Shown piece after piece: positions 1 to 10,652 of a DNA stretch of 64,000 bases. The notes under the pieces were generated by a model, which ran no database searches, was not told the origin of the DNA, and saw only the letters and a program-made list of their open reading frames with translations. The stretch is from a phage. The stretch's first letter is position 1. Every line of letters begins with the position of its first letter. Made by a program: the position numbers and the translations under genes. The DNA is taken from the NCBI GenBank assembly GCA_020619395.1, contig GCA_020619395.1_4860.1. The stretch is one strand, 5' to 3'.

Positions 1-3000
1 CTAATGGCTCTGTTGTGTTGGCGTGTGGGTATGCCGACACTACTGGAACCGCCCGGTTTATGGAGTGGAAAGCAGGCAACAATACATTACGTATTGAGTC
101 GACTGGCAGTGCCTTGGGGATGGATAAGCTGACGCTTAATGGTACGACGTTACTGACCACAACTGCTCTCATGGGCTATCAACAAGACCCTGGTACCGGC
201 GGTGGTACCGTTGACCCGGATGACAACAAACTGTACATTAGCGGGGTGAACGGCATTACTTTCACGGGTAAAGGGTCAAAAGCCGATCCCGTCACCGGGA
301 AGGTCACAGCCAAACCCGCGACGACCTCTGAACCTGGCGTTGTGACGCTGACTGATAAGCCGAGCGATGTAGTCAAGGGACAAGCAGTCACCCCAGCTTC
401 GCTCTTACCGTACGAGGGTGATCTGTCTTCGTACGTCAGGAAAACAACGCTGCTGAATAACCAGCCGATGGACACTGGTAGCCGAACGCTAACGAAAAAG
501 GATTTGGGTCTGGACTTGGCTGATAACACAGCTGACGTCGATAAACCACTTTCTGATGCGTTGGCAGAAGCAGTTACCGGTCTTAGTGATAAAGATCACC
601 ATCACAACTTCGCCGATTTACAGATCCCAACGGCTTCTCAAACAGTTCCCGGTATCGCTCGATATTCTACCAACCTAAACGGCTTGTCGGATAATCGCGG
701 CGTTACCCCGAACGTTCTGAACGATTTGTCAAAACGTTTAGACGTAGTTGCAGCTGCGCTAGCAAACGCGAAAGAGGATTCCGTGACCGATTTTGCCGCT
801 GTGCGCGGTAAGACTTGGACTGTGGGATCTACACGTACCACCCTCGCCGTAACGGATTTGAATTATTTCTATCTGTTAAATGGTGCACGTAAAGAGGGGA
901 CGGTATCTGGTTCGATAGACTTGCAAACCACCCCGATGTTCCAGTGGTTCTCTCCAGATAACCGTATGGAAAGAACGTGGCAGAACGCGGTAATTAATAC
1001 CGGTGCCGGTATTGATTTTAGTGGGTTTGAGGTTGCCGTCCCGGAAACGAACTACGGTGCGCAGATTGGGTTAACGACAACCGGAATGGGTGATTTGTCG
1101 GTCGTTAACCTCTTGGCGAAAACGTGGGTTCGTTGCGACTCTGGTAAGCTGCGGATTTGGGTTCGTGGCGGTGGTGCTGTTTCTGTTTATCTGGACGGTG
1201 AAATTATCGGTGCGGGTATTACAGAAGCGGGGTATCTGGAGGCGAAGGTCAAGGAGGGGTGGAAGCAACACTGCTTAGCATTCCGTGCCGAGTGTAACGA
1301 TAGCGCTAAAGCAGCCGCAATTCGTTTCACAATTTACGACGGTGACTTTGCGGTTGGGGCCTCGGATAAAAACACCAAAGTTGCCCGCCTGCAGGAGTTT
1401 GTTAAGACGCCGAACGGTTTAAGGCATTACCTTTACGTGAACATGATAACCGATGCGTTATATTCGCGCGCCGAACCTATTGTGGACACGGAAGGTATTA
1501 ACCTGGAACGTGGGTATATCGGCCACATTGATGTCCCTGACGCGGGATTGGTTGCAGGCACGACTTACGAGTTTGAAACGACGTTTGATTTTGGCATGGC
1601 GTCCGAACTTAAACGGCACTTCGAAACACGTCTAGCACACGGGGTGAGTAACACCGACTGGTCGTTGACGGATAACCCGAAAATGCTGCCGTTGAATAAG
1701 GTTGATCCATTACCTAAACAATGGCTGTATGCGTATCCAACTAACCCGTCTGTTTCTGGGGATAACCTCGTTCGTTTAGATCGTGGGTTATTTGATTATA
1801 AATTCGTAAGTGCCACCTCGCTTAGGATTCTTCTTGCGGCGGTTGTTTCCACTGAAAACGCGTCCCCGTATTGCTGGTTTACACCAAGCAACCCGAAAGA
1901 AAATGGTATGGCGACATTCGAGGGTTCGGTGGTAATCGACACTGATTATCCTGAAGTCCCAAAAACCTCGGACGTCGAAGTTTCATTAAACTTCATGACC
2001 CCTTCTGCTGATGGGAAAGGTAAAACCAGAGTCCTGCGGTGGAGTAACACCAAGACCAGTTTAAATTGTGGCTTTATTGCCGCGCCGTACGATAAACCAA
2101 CCGGAAGAATTGCCAGCACACAATCCAGCGTTACTAATACGCTGGTTGATGCTCCTCGTGTAATCAAGAGCGTGGATGTTCAGTCGCCTGACTGTTTAGA
2201 CTATCTCCCGGTTTCAATCGCTAGCGAGTTCGCAGCCATTGGTTCGCGCTGGCTTATTCGTTATCGCTATATTGTTGATACGCAGATACTGCGAATATCG
2301 ACGATTAGTAAGATAGGTGGCCAGGCTTCGGCAACTGTTCGTGAGATAGAATACGACGTTCCGTTTGACGCGATTGATTATTTTAAAGGTGGCGCTTTAT
2401 CGATTAGTGTTACTGGCATCGAAACTGGTGAAGGCGTCACAATCAACCACGGTTTGATGGACCCCTCCACAACAGAAGTAGATTTAAATCGTTTCCATTA
2501 TCTACGCTCACTATTTGAGTCGTATATTGAGCGTTCTCCAGACAGCCAGTCTTCTGGGCATGAGGAGATGTCGATATCAACCGTCACGTTCGCGAACTTT
2601 GGAGATAACGTCGATAACCCGGTTACGGAATACATCACGATGTCTGCTGCAAGTGAGGGTTATCCGGAACTTGCACCGAACGGTAAACTCCCCGCACCGT
2701 TTTACAAAGGGCTGCAGAAACGTGGTGCTCCGCTACTTGAGTCGGCTCCTGCAGACTATACGTCTAACGGTGGTGAATGGAAGTACGGCTTTATGCGGGC
2801 TTATCGCCCAACTCAAAATGAGCGTTTTGTGTCGGTAAATGGGACAATGCTCTCTAACTACCCTGGATATATCATCGTGGGTAGTGAGAAAATTCCGGGT
2901 AATGTTATACCTTTCAGTGCATCGACAACAGCTGTTCAGATATCTGGGACTCTTGCCCGCACGAAACCGATGCAGCCAATTCACATCGTGTTCGTGCCTC

Positions 3001-3242
3001 CGGAAGGTTCTGTGCCGCCGCTGCAAGCGAAGTTCACTATTAATGGCGTGGGCAGTAGTGGTAATCCGATGTTCGTGATTACTGAAACGACACCGGTGGA
3101 ACTTCGCACTGGTGGCGAGACGATTCTCATTGAGAAGCGTAATCCATTCCACATCCCCACCAGGACATGGGATTGGATTTTACAAACGTTGGATACTGAA
3201 CGTAGAAACGAAGGCAACAACTCGGGTGAGTGGGCCTCTTAG
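1..3242 (+). CDS. Large tail fibre protein, 5' end probably outside window
   Basis: ORF open to window edge (no in-frame stop from nt 3; tracked GTG at 15 has no SD). 1075 codons. DKDHHHNFADL..TVPGIARYS motif recurs in the next gene. Fibre call is by size, composition and context. Confidence 0.6.
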   Translation, partial: NGSVVLACGYADTTGTARFMEWKAGNNTLRIESTGSALGMDKLTLNGTTLLTTTALMGYQQDPGTGGGTVDPDDNKLYISGVNGITFTGKGSKADPVTGKVTAKPATTSEPGVVTLTDKPSDVVKGQAVTPASLLPYEGDLSSYVRKTTLLNNQPMDTGSRTLTKKDLGLDLADNTADVDKPLSDALAEAVTGLSDKDHHHNFADLQIPTASQTVPGIARYSTNLNGLSDNRGVTPNVLNDLSKRLDVVAAALANAKEDSVTDFAAVRGKTWTVGSTRTTLAVTDLNYFYLLNGARKEGTVSGSIDLQTTPMFQWFSPDNRMERTWQNAVINTGAGIDFSGFEVAVPETNYGAQIGLTTTGMGDLSVVNLLAKTWVRCDSGKLRIWVRGGGAVSVYLDGEIIGAGITEAGYLEAKVKEGWKQHCLAFRAECNDSAKAAAIRFTIYDGDFAVGASDKNTKVARLQEFVKTPNGLRHYLYVNMITDALYSRAEPIVDTEGINLERGYIGHIDVPDAGLVAGTTYEFETTFDFGMASELKRHFETRLAHGVSNTDWSLTDNPKMLPLNKVDPLPKQWLYAYPTNPSVSGDNLVRLDRGLFDYKFVSATSLRILLAAVVSTENASPYCWFTPSNPKENGMATFEGSVVIDTDYPEVPKTSDVEVSLNFMTPSADGKGKTRVLRWSNTKTSLNCGFIAAPYDKPTGRIASTQSSVTNTLVDAPRVIKSVDVQSPDCLDYLPVSIASEFAAIGSRWLIRYRYIVDTQILRISTISKIGGQASATVREIEYDVPFDAIDYFKGGALSISVTGIETGEGVTINHGLMDPSTTEVDLNRFHYLRSLFESYIERSPDSQSSGHEEMSISTVTFANFGDNVDNPVTEYITMSAASEGYPELAPNGKLPAPFYKGLQKRGAPLLESAPADYTSNGGEWKYGFMRAYRPTQNERFVSVNGTMLSNYPGYIIVGSEKIPGNVIPFSASTTAVQISGTLARTKPMQPIHIVFVPPEGSVPPLQAKFTINGVGSSGNPMFVITETTPVELRTGGETILIEKRNPFHIPTRTWDWILQTLDTERRNEGNNSGEWAS

Positions 3243-3277
3243 GACGGACTGCCTACGGGCGGGTAGTCCGTAGGTAA

Positions 3278-3317
3278 ACCGCCCTTCCGTTATTGGGAGG
3301 GCGGTCTCCGTTTTATT
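3278..3317 (+). terminator. Rho-independent terminator after fibre gene 1
   Basis: 11-bp stem ACCGCCCTTCC/GGGAGGGCGGT, loop GTTATT, then CTCCGTTTTATT. A second hairpin (ACGGACT..AGTCCGT) lies at 3243-3273. Confidence 0.5.
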
Positions 3318-3337
3318 ACAGATTAGGAGTGTTTGCA

Positions 3338-6300
3338 ATGCCGAGAGAAGATGCGGCGCAGTTTAACGGTACCCTCAGTACCGCTACTTACCCGAACCGT
3401 TATTCGACGGTCATTCCCGTCGAAGCACCGTTCTATCGCATCGGGTTAACGTTAACCGTTACCGATAAAACAACCGGAACCAAACGCAAGTTAATAGAAG
3501 GTCTTGATTATTTCTTAGGACATTACTTCCAGGAATTAGCCGAGGCTGAGAACGATGCAATATACGGCAGCATAATGCTGCTGAACGCCACAGAGGTAGA
3601 ATACGAGTTGTTGTCGGTTGGTCGACAGTATCGCATCCCTGCTTCTGAAATCGGCAAGTATCTGGTTAAGACAGATATGAAAGACCCGCGTAACTGCGAT
3701 TGGTCTGAGCTGATGAAATATCCGCCGATTATCTCGCCAATCGACCCGCCAAAAGATCTCGAAGAAGCCATCCTTCGCGATGAGATTGTAAAGGCGCTGG
3801 AAGATATCCGACTGGGCATTTTAGAACGTGCCCACGAACTGGATGAGGCTTTTGCCGAAGTTACCGATTTGATTTATCAGAACGGTAAACAGGTGTTTGA
3901 TGACGAAATGTATCAACACCACCTGATTAAAAATGCACATGGTTACACCTGTGGCGATATCGGTGCACTCCCTGTGCTCGGTAAGGCCGTGGATGCGACT
4001 AAGGCGTTTGGACGTACACTGGCAGAGCTAGTGACGTTAATGTCTACCAGCGGCATCCAACAGAAACACGTTGACATGCTTCTGGATAATACCCTGGGTG
4101 ATTTACTGGGCCGTATGCGTGTTCTGAATAACGACGCGATTACGTTCCAAACAACGTCTGGTCACGTTATCAGCATGAAGGGTGAGAAGTTCATTATCAC
4201 CTCGACAAAACCGCTGGTATTAAAAGCTGACCAGGATAACAACGAACCGGGTATCGCTACGGAGTTCAGTGCTGGTCTGAACACGCTTTGGGTTCACTCG
4301 GGTAAAGCAGGTGACAAGTGGGGCGCTTATGATGCAGGTGTGCTTGCACCTGTATATAACAGCGTGTATCTCGTTACACCGGATATGGTTAAGATGTACT
4401 TGACCTCGGTGAAGATACTTCCAGCAAACGCCTACTTCAAGTCCAGCGACACGTTGAAGATTTACGGCTCTGGTAAAGAAACAAACAAAGTTTACATGAA
4501 TGCGGAGCTGCCTGCAGCAACCACAACTGTGCAGGGTTTGTTTGCGATTACTAACCTCTCGGCATCCGCTGCAGCGTCCACAGCGATTTCCCAAAAAGCT
4601 GTTACTGACTTGAAGAACAAACTCGACGGATATGTGGACGACACGTATACAGTCAATGGTAAAGGGTTTGTATTAGATTCAAACGGGCAGATGCATCTGA
4701 CCTTAACCGCGGCAGATTTCGGTATTGAGAAGATGAACAATACCGGACCGCTGGAGAAACCGGTTACTAATGCGTTGCGCACCGTGCTATCAGGCAAAGC
4801 GCTTACAACGCACACCCACACCATTGCAGATCTCGATAACGTGCCGTACGCATCCACGTCTGTTACAGGTTTGGCTAAACTGTGGGATGCAATCGACACT
4901 ACCTCGGATAAGATGGTCACTTCGCGTCAGGGCTTCTTGCTTGAACAAAAGATTGACACACTGAATGACAAGATTGCTACGCTGTTGCCCGCATGGACTG
5001 TCGGCGGATCATCGTACGGCAACAATAACTTCTTGCCTATACCTGTCCAGGGGAACTACGAAGGGTATACCAAAAACCAAACCTGGCAGAAAGGTTTGGC
5101 GCGTTACGAGTCTGGTAAGGTTTACTCGCTCCGTAACGGTTCTAACGGGAATCCACCAGGTGACTGGGCTATCTATTACGCCTATGCTGATGTGTCGCCA
5201 AGCAATACGCTGGAAAATATGCAGCAGACGTCCGTACGTTATCGACCCGCTGGAATGTCGGCGTATCCTGGGGTGAATCTGGTTGCTATTGTGATTACCG
5301 GTACCGATGCAATGATCTGCTTAGGCAGTGACGGTGCGTACTACCTGGTCATCTTCGATGGGACGATTGACCATGCAAAACATCATCGTGTTGTTAAAGT
5401 GGTGTTGGGTGATTACAAGAACGGTAATGGTGCGGGCACAGTAACGACAGCACCGTGGGCTCCAAACGCTTCTACAGACGATTTGATTGTTTGTAATGAG
5501 CGTGTCTACCTGTTGCGTACGGTGCTTACCTCCGGTGACTATTTCGTGAGTATGCGTAGCATCGCACTCAACGAACTTAATCCGGGTGGTAGCAACACGT
5601 TTGTGGCGGATGCGTTAACAGGCGGGATATTAACGTCGGGTGAAAACGTTTATCTACGACAGGGACAGAAACGTGCAGCTTCCGATGCGCTCCCAGCACC
5701 AGTTACACAGATCTACGCAGACGCGTTAGCGAAATGGAACAATGCAATCAACTTTGTACATGGCCCTGAGTGTAATCACGCGATTGGTGTTGATGGGCTG
5801 AAATTTCGTGTTGGTTTAACGCCAACAGTCTGGTTTGCCTCCTCCACAGGACAGACGATTAACTTTAAACAGTGGACGTCAAGCTTTGTTGTCGACTGTA
5901 GCGCATTAACGGTAACTCTGGAAGGCGCTGATCGATTCCCTATTGTGGCTGATCTTACCACGGTTCGTTATAACAGTGGTGCTGAGATTGGGATTCCGAG
6001 CCGGAAGTGGGGCGAAGGCCAAGCTAATAACAAAACCTTTGCAACATCGCAAGACAAGTATATTGTTTCGCAAGGACATGCAGGCGATCGCGACCTAATG
6101 CCTTATGTCACGATTACAACGTTAGATGACGGTGTGAGTTGGTACGAGTACCTGTCGTGCGACTACAACTTCACTGCCAGAAGTTTTAGTGCGGTAATGT
6201 TAAACCAAGGTCGTGGTTCTATCTACGAGCTGGGTATGGCGTATCCGCTGACTCTGGGAGCGAATTCCAGACTTATCTGGTTGTCACAACCGCGTTCCCG

Positions 6301-8521
6301 TTTGGCAATTGAAGTTGAGTTTGATCCGAACACCACTTACTCAGGTAAGGCGGGGTATGGCCCAACTAACAATCGTCGTGTAGTAGATTCTATCACGTAT
6401 GAGAATCTGTCGCAGATGTGCCACATTGTTACACCGGCGTCGCCTGGTACAGAGTTAAACGGCTGGTATTGCACAGGACCAGAAACATTCCCTTATCACA
6501 ACGTTTCTGGCACTTTCACGATTCATGCCGATCGGTTGACGCTGTCACAAGCCGAATGGGATAAGATGAAGCAGATGATCATCGACGGTGCACCGGCTGG
6601 CGCTGCGAATGGTTATGCTTCGGAATTTATCCTTGCCGCAAATAACGCAGGAAAGGCATTGTTCTCCGTTTGGTTCATCGGCATTGGTACGGCCACACCG
6701 CTCACGTTAGCACAAGTAGCATGTACGCGTACTGTGAACAACGTTAACGTGTTGGATATCTACTACTTTACACTGAAACCAACAATCAGCAACGGGCAGG
6801 TAACATTCCCCGCAGCGATATTGGCTTTGTTTGACTTCTATAACAACCTCGACTATGGCTTGAACTATGCTACGTTGGGTGAGATAACGGGAGGAAAAAC
6901 ACGCCGGCCGGGACAACCTACACTGGTGTCGGTAGATGGTACTCGGTTCGGGTTGTATCTTCCACACACGTTAACCTTGCGCCTGATTGGCGACTTGGGT
7001 GCGCTTAACTACGCTGTTGGTCTTACGCTGTCTAATGGTACTTGGACGCGTTCTTCTGCTCCACACGGCGTTGGACGTATGGCACCGGCACACACTCCAG
7101 TCAGTCCAGCTTATCTGGCCCATCGCGATCAAGTGATGCTACACAACTCATCTCTCGACTACGTCTACTGTGGTGGTATCGCAACGTCGTCGAGTGATTT
7201 TGTCGCGGCTCCTAATTTTAGTGGCCCGACTGAATCGGTTGTCATTGCTGGTGTGGAAACAGCTGAAGGTTGGCTGGTATATGTGACTGAGGAAGTTGAC
7301 CTGCGTTTCGGCTCGAGCACTTATAAGCTGCCTACGTGGTATATTGACCTCAGCGCAGCATTTCCAACAAACCATCAGAACCGGACATTCTACCTGCACG
7401 CCAAGGTAGAAAATGGTACACCGAAGTACGTAATGGACGTGATTCAACATCCAGACACTGAAACGGAACTCTATATCGGGTATGTTAAAACGGGCTCGTC
7501 GCGAGTCGTCGAGACTAACGTCGAACATGCTAAGCGATTAGGGGCGGTGAAACAACTGTTGGAACATGCGGCGGTTGAGAATAAGCATGATGTGGAGGTG
7601 GGAAGGGATGCAGCAACGGGCAGACTGGCACCATTGCGTAAAGAAGCGATGGGTCCTTTGTCGATCGATGCTACGAAAGGCTATCTGGATAGTCAGTTGC
7701 TTTATACCGTATCCGACGCACAGCGTCGCGGTAAAGCGATGGTGTCCAAACGTTTCGAAGGCTTGAAAACTTTGCCGGCGTTTACTCAGGCAAACAAGTC
7801 GGGGGCGTTTTGGAAACATCCTACAACAATTGCGACGGTAACGGCCGATGAGAACAGTGAAGCGACATCGTTGGGTATGGAGTGGGTAGGTATTCCAACG
7901 CCCGCTTTCGCTCCGACCTCAACAAACCTGATGGTGGTGGTGCAAAGTAAATTCGTCGTCCCAGGTACACCGGGAGTAGAAACGACCTTTAATGTCCACG
8001 TTGCCCCATGGGAGGCGGTGGATGGCTTTTTCTACAACGTCGAGGCGGAAGGTACGGATGTTAACATTGATGAAAATCCAGAAGTGTTATTGCCGTCACC
8101 ACATACCGTGCACCACAAACAGCACTCTCTGCCAGCAGGCGTGCCGTGTACCTTTACATTTGTCGCGGCGGTAAGTTCTTCAGCGCTCGAAACAGCTAAC
8201 CAGCATATTTGCTCTTGGCTTTTCACTGACGCTGGGGGACTACCAATCACCACCGATCTTTCGGATAGTAAGATTCAAATCTTACCACAGCCGGGAGAGA
8301 CCAACGGCACACCAGTTGTTCTGAACAGTCGTAGCTACACGTTTACGAATGTGACAGGTGCAATCCCGGTTGTTACCACGGGCGCTCAGGGTTTATTCCC
8401 ACCACCGATCGTGGCGTGGGATGGCGATGATCTTACGTTAACGATTGCGCACGATTGGGTGAACGAGAGGGGACGTCAACAGCCTGATGTTATCCAGGTC
8501 AATCTTATGTTCCGTACCTAA
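3338..8521 (+). CDS. Very large tail fibre protein (1727 aa)
   Basis: Start moved to ATG 3338 (AGGAG 8 nt upstream) from tracked 3293. TTHTHTIADL..SVTGLAKLW motif shared with upstream gene. Confidence 0.7.
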   Translation: MPREDAAQFNGTLSTATYPNRYSTVIPVEAPFYRIGLTLTVTDKTTGTKRKLIEGLDYFLGHYFQELAEAENDAIYGSIMLLNATEVEYELLSVGRQYRIPASEIGKYLVKTDMKDPRNCDWSELMKYPPIISPIDPPKDLEEAILRDEIVKALEDIRLGILERAHELDEAFAEVTDLIYQNGKQVFDDEMYQHHLIKNAHGYTCGDIGALPVLGKAVDATKAFGRTLAELVTLMSTSGIQQKHVDMLLDNTLGDLLGRMRVLNNDAITFQTTSGHVISMKGEKFIITSTKPLVLKADQDNNEPGIATEFSAGLNTLWVHSGKAGDKWGAYDAGVLAPVYNSVYLVTPDMVKMYLTSVKILPANAYFKSSDTLKIYGSGKETNKVYMNAELPAATTTVQGLFAITNLSASAAASTAISQKAVTDLKNKLDGYVDDTYTVNGKGFVLDSNGQMHLTLTAADFGIEKMNNTGPLEKPVTNALRTVLSGKALTTHTHTIADLDNVPYASTSVTGLAKLWDAIDTTSDKMVTSRQGFLLEQKIDTLNDKIATLLPAWTVGGSSYGNNNFLPIPVQGNYEGYTKNQTWQKGLARYESGKVYSLRNGSNGNPPGDWAIYYAYADVSPSNTLENMQQTSVRYRPAGMSAYPGVNLVAIVITGTDAMICLGSDGAYYLVIFDGTIDHAKHHRVVKVVLGDYKNGNGAGTVTTAPWAPNASTDDLIVCNERVYLLRTVLTSGDYFVSMRSIALNELNPGGSNTFVADALTGGILTSGENVYLRQGQKRAASDALPAPVTQIYADALAKWNNAINFVHGPECNHAIGVDGLKFRVGLTPTVWFASSTGQTINFKQWTSSFVVDCSALTVTLEGADRFPIVADLTTVRYNSGAEIGIPSRKWGEGQANNKTFATSQDKYIVSQGHAGDRDLMPYVTITTLDDGVSWYEYLSCDYNFTARSFSAVMLNQGRGSIYELGMAYPLTLGANSRLIWLSQPRSRLAIEVEFDPNTTYSGKAGYGPTNNRRVVDSITYENLSQMCHIVTPASPGTELNGWYCTGPETFPYHNVSGTFTIHADRLTLSQAEWDKMKQMIIDGAPAGAANGYASEFILAANNAGKALFSVWFIGIGTATPLTLAQVACTRTVNNVNVLDIYYFTLKPTISNGQVTFPAAILALFDFYNNLDYGLNYATLGEITGGKTRRPGQPTLVSVDGTRFGLYLPHTLTLRLIGDLGALNYAVGLTLSNGTWTRSSAPHGVGRMAPAHTPVSPAYLAHRDQVMLHNSSLDYVYCGGIATSSSDFVAAPNFSGPTESVVIAGVETAEGWLVYVTEEVDLRFGSSTYKLPTWYIDLSAAFPTNHQNRTFYLHAKVENGTPKYVMDVIQHPDTETELYIGYVKTGSSRVVETNVEHAKRLGAVKQLLEHAAVENKHDVEVGRDAATGRLAPLRKEAMGPLSIDATKGYLDSQLLYTVSDAQRRGKAMVSKRFEGLKTLPAFTQANKSGAFWKHPTTIATVTADENSEATSLGMEWVGIPTPAFAPTSTNLMVVVQSKFVVPGTPGVETTFNVHVAPWEAVDGFFYNVEAEGTDVNIDENPEVLLPSPHTVHHKQHSLPAGVPCTFTFVAAVSSSALETANQHICSWLFTDAGGLPITTDLSDSKIQILPQPGETNGTPVVLNSRSYTFTNVTGAIPVVTTGAQGLFPPPIVAWDGDDLTLTIAHDWVNERGRQQPDVIQVNLMFRT

Positions 8522-8568
8522 CAGATAGCGCTATGGGGCAAGGAAGCCCCAATCAAAGGAGTTTGGCA

Positions 8569-9771
8569 ATGGCCGAAATCATTTATCAGTACCCGCTTGA
8601 CCTTACCGGGACATTAACGTCGAACGCCGTTACACGGCGTATTACGTTAGGTTCTGGTAAAGTTAACCGGGCTTTTGCTTTTCCTGACGGAGCTTTCTAC
8701 GCGGATACCTTCCGCTTGGCAGCTGCGAATAAACCAGGTGTCTACCCGTACAAACGCGGCACAGACTACGAACTGATTTTTGCACATACTGCATATCAGA
8801 AAATGACCAAGAACCGCGAAGTGGTCATGGGTGTGGTGGTAACTAACTCGGCCATTCCTACTGATATCGAAGTCTCTGCGCAAGTCGTTGGTGGTTTTCA
8901 GTCCGCGAACGTCGAAGGTATCCGACAAGCGATTGCGTCGCTGAAAATTGAAGACCGTGTGGTGGACTTCAAGGATCTTCGAAACGTACCTGATACGTTC
9001 CCATCCGCCCCGACGTATAAAGACCTTGGCGATATCTACGGTTTTGAGTATATCATTACCGTACTCGCTGGGATTAAAGATGCGATTAACTCCGGCTCTG
9101 CAGTACAGCTGGAAGAAATCAAAGGTATTCTGGACGGTCTGAAAAACGACTTCCTCGATGCCTTAAATGCCCACATCAACGCCGAAGGTAACGTACACAA
9201 TCTCGACATTCATCAGGTTAATGGCCTGACGGAGACGGAGATTCGTGCTCTGATTCAAAGTGTACAGACTGCCATTGACGCCACTATCAAAGATATCGGC
9301 GACTTAAGAGCAGCAGACACGGCGTTGGGGCAACGCATCGATGCAATTGTGGCTTCGTTAGCCGCGTGGAACGACCAGCTTAATGTAGTTGCTCAAAATT
9401 ACCAGAAAATGTCGTTAGCATTAGCTAACCTTAATTCTCTGGTGTTGCAATTACAGAAGATGGTTAACGATCTTCAGTCTGCACTGAATGAAACAAATCA
9501 GCGCGTCACGGATCTTGAGAATCAGGGCAAAGACTTCCAACAGCAAATTGATAACCTGCAAGGACAAATCAACAGTCTTAAAACTCAGGTTATAAACAAC
9601 ACCAACGCAATTTCGCAGGCAAACCAGAATCTGGCGAACCATGCGGCTGCGGATAACCCACACCCGAATTACCTCCATAAACAGTATGGCGGTGTTGTGC
9701 AGGCTGCTGTTCACGTCAACAACAGCCTCACCTCGCGCGACGATGTTCAAGCTGAAGCGGGTACTAAGTAA
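8569..9771 (+). CDS. Fibre-associated protein with C-terminal coiled coil
   Basis: ATG 8569 with AAGGAG upstream (tracked start 8533). C-terminal heptad-like region LQKMVNDLQSALNETNQRVTDLENQGKDFQQQIDNLQGQINSLKTQ. Confidence 0.6.
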   Translation: MAEIIYQYPLDLTGTLTSNAVTRRITLGSGKVNRAFAFPDGAFYADTFRLAAANKPGVYPYKRGTDYELIFAHTAYQKMTKNREVVMGVVVTNSAIPTDIEVSAQVVGGFQSANVEGIRQAIASLKIEDRVVDFKDLRNVPDTFPSAPTYKDLGDIYGFEYIITVLAGIKDAINSGSAVQLEEIKGILDGLKNDFLDALNAHINAEGNVHNLDIHQVNGLTETEIRALIQSVQTAIDATIKDIGDLRAADTALGQRIDAIVASLAAWNDQLNVVAQNYQKMSLALANLNSLVLQLQKMVNDLQSALNETNQRVTDLENQGKDFQQQIDNLQGQINSLKTQVINNTNAISQANQNLANHAAADNPHPNYLHKQYGGVVQAAVHVNNSLTSRDDVQAEAGTK

Positions 9772-9784
9772 CTTGTTTACGAGC

Positions 9785-9820
9785 CGGACTATGTTTATGG
9801 ACATAGTCCGCTCGTTCTAC
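9785..9820 (+). promoter_or_regulatory. Hairpin between fibre gene and first Cys-repeat peptide gene (attenuator or terminator-like)
   Basis: CGGACTATGT/ACATAGTCCG 10-bp stem, loop TTATGG, followed by CTCGTTCTACTTTTT. Confidence 0.35.
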
Positions 9821-9836
9821 TTTTTAAGGAAGCGTA

Positions 9837-10229
9837 ATGGCGATATCTATTAAAGACGTCAGAAACCGCGTCCAGATAGTCGAAGCTAACATGGCGACAG
9901 GCCCCCGCATCGAGGCGCAAGTGGCCTCTAAAGCCCATAATGCAGCAGACCGATTTGGGGGTTGGACGAAAGCACAGCTAGATTGCGGCGGGACATGTTC
10001 TTGGACGTGCTCTAACGGTTGCTCGCATGGCTGTTCGAGCTGTTCAGGAAGCTGTTCTGCTTCTTGTATCGGTAGCTGTTCTTCGACGTGTGGCGGTAAC
10101 TGTTCTGGTTGCTCTGGTTGTTCTGGTGGTTGCAGTAGTAGCTGTACCGGTAACTGTTCAGGTGGTTGCGGCGGCTCTTGTTCCGCAAACTGCTCCGGGG
10201 CCTGCTCCGGCGGCTGTTCAGGTCGCTAA
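9837..10229 (+). CDS. Cys-repeat peptide 1 (130 aa): leader plus core with 21 Cys mostly at 4-residue spacing
   Basis: RBS AAGGAAG 5 nt before ATG. Leader MAISIKDVRNRVQIVEAN.., core CSWTCSNGCSHGCSSCSGSC... Candidate radical-SAM substrate. Confidence 0.6.
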   Translation: MAISIKDVRNRVQIVEANMATGPRIEAQVASKAHNAADRFGGWTKAQLDCGGTCSWTCSNGCSHGCSSCSGSCSASCIGSCSSTCGGNCSGCSGCSGGCSSSCTGNCSGGCGGSCSANCSGACSGGCSGR

Positions 10230-10625
10230 GGGGGATTAAATGGCAATTGGATTAAAAGAACTGAATAACCGATTAAACGCGATCGATGCAAACGCTTTAA
10301 AGAACACCACGAATGTGCAAAACTACATTCGCAATAAAGCTACGAATAACGCCGACTTGTTCGCAGGTCAAGGCCGTTCGCACTATGACTGTGGTGGCAC
10401 ATGCTCTTTTAGTTGCTCGAGTTGTTCTGGCGGGTGTACTGGGTCTGCTACGGGCGGTTGTGGGTCGACTTGTTCCGCAAACTGTGTATCGGGCTGTAGC
10501 AGTAGCTGTACGGGCTGTAGCTCTTCGTGCTCGGGTGGTTGTAGCGGAACGTGTACTGGTAACTGTTCTGGGGGTTGTGGTAAATCCTGCTCCGCAAACT
10601 GCTCCGGCGCGTGTTCTGGTGGTTG
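10000..10625 (+). repeat. Low-complexity codon repeats (TGC-TCN-GGN-GGN) within the Cys-repeat peptide genes
   Basis: Reiterated tgctctggttgctctggttgttctggtggttgc-type strings encoding C-S-G-G-C repeats; coding, not an array. Confidence 0.6.
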
Positions 10626-10641
10626 TTCAGGTCCTAACTGA
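10240..10641 (+). CDS. Cys-repeat peptide 2 (133 aa), paralog of peptide 1
   Basis: RBS GGGGGA before ATG. Leader MAIGLKELNNRLNAIDAN.., 20 Cys, CSANCSGACSGGCSG tail shared with peptide 1. Confidence 0.6.
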   Translation: MAIGLKELNNRLNAIDANALKNTTNVQNYIRNKATNNADLFAGQGRSHYDCGGTCSFSCSSCSGGCTGSATGGCGSTCSANCVSGCSSSCTGCSSSCSGGCSGTCTGNCSGGCGKSCSANCSGACSGGCSGPN

Positions 10642-10652
10642 CGGAGGCTTAT

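Noticed and set aside
179-3220. Antisense or alternative-frame ORFs inside fibre gene 1 (179-529, 638-841, 2733-3152 and others)
   Set aside because: All lie fully within the 1075-codon fibre ORF and lack RBS or operon context; they are expected by chance in a long gene.
3293-3337. Tracked 5' extensions of ORF starts (3293, 8533, 11756, 13942, 26698, 35167, 45349, 46225, 47542, 57391, 58930)
   Set aside because: Internal ATG (or GTG) codons with Shine-Dalgarno sequences at 5-10 nt fit operon spacing better; the extended versions overlap upstream genes, terminator hairpins or translate the RBS itself.
10000-10625. Possible CRISPR array or non-coding tandem repeat
   Set aside because: The repeats are short, imperfect and in-frame codon reiterations inside ORFs with conserved leaders; there is no repeat-spacer periodicity.
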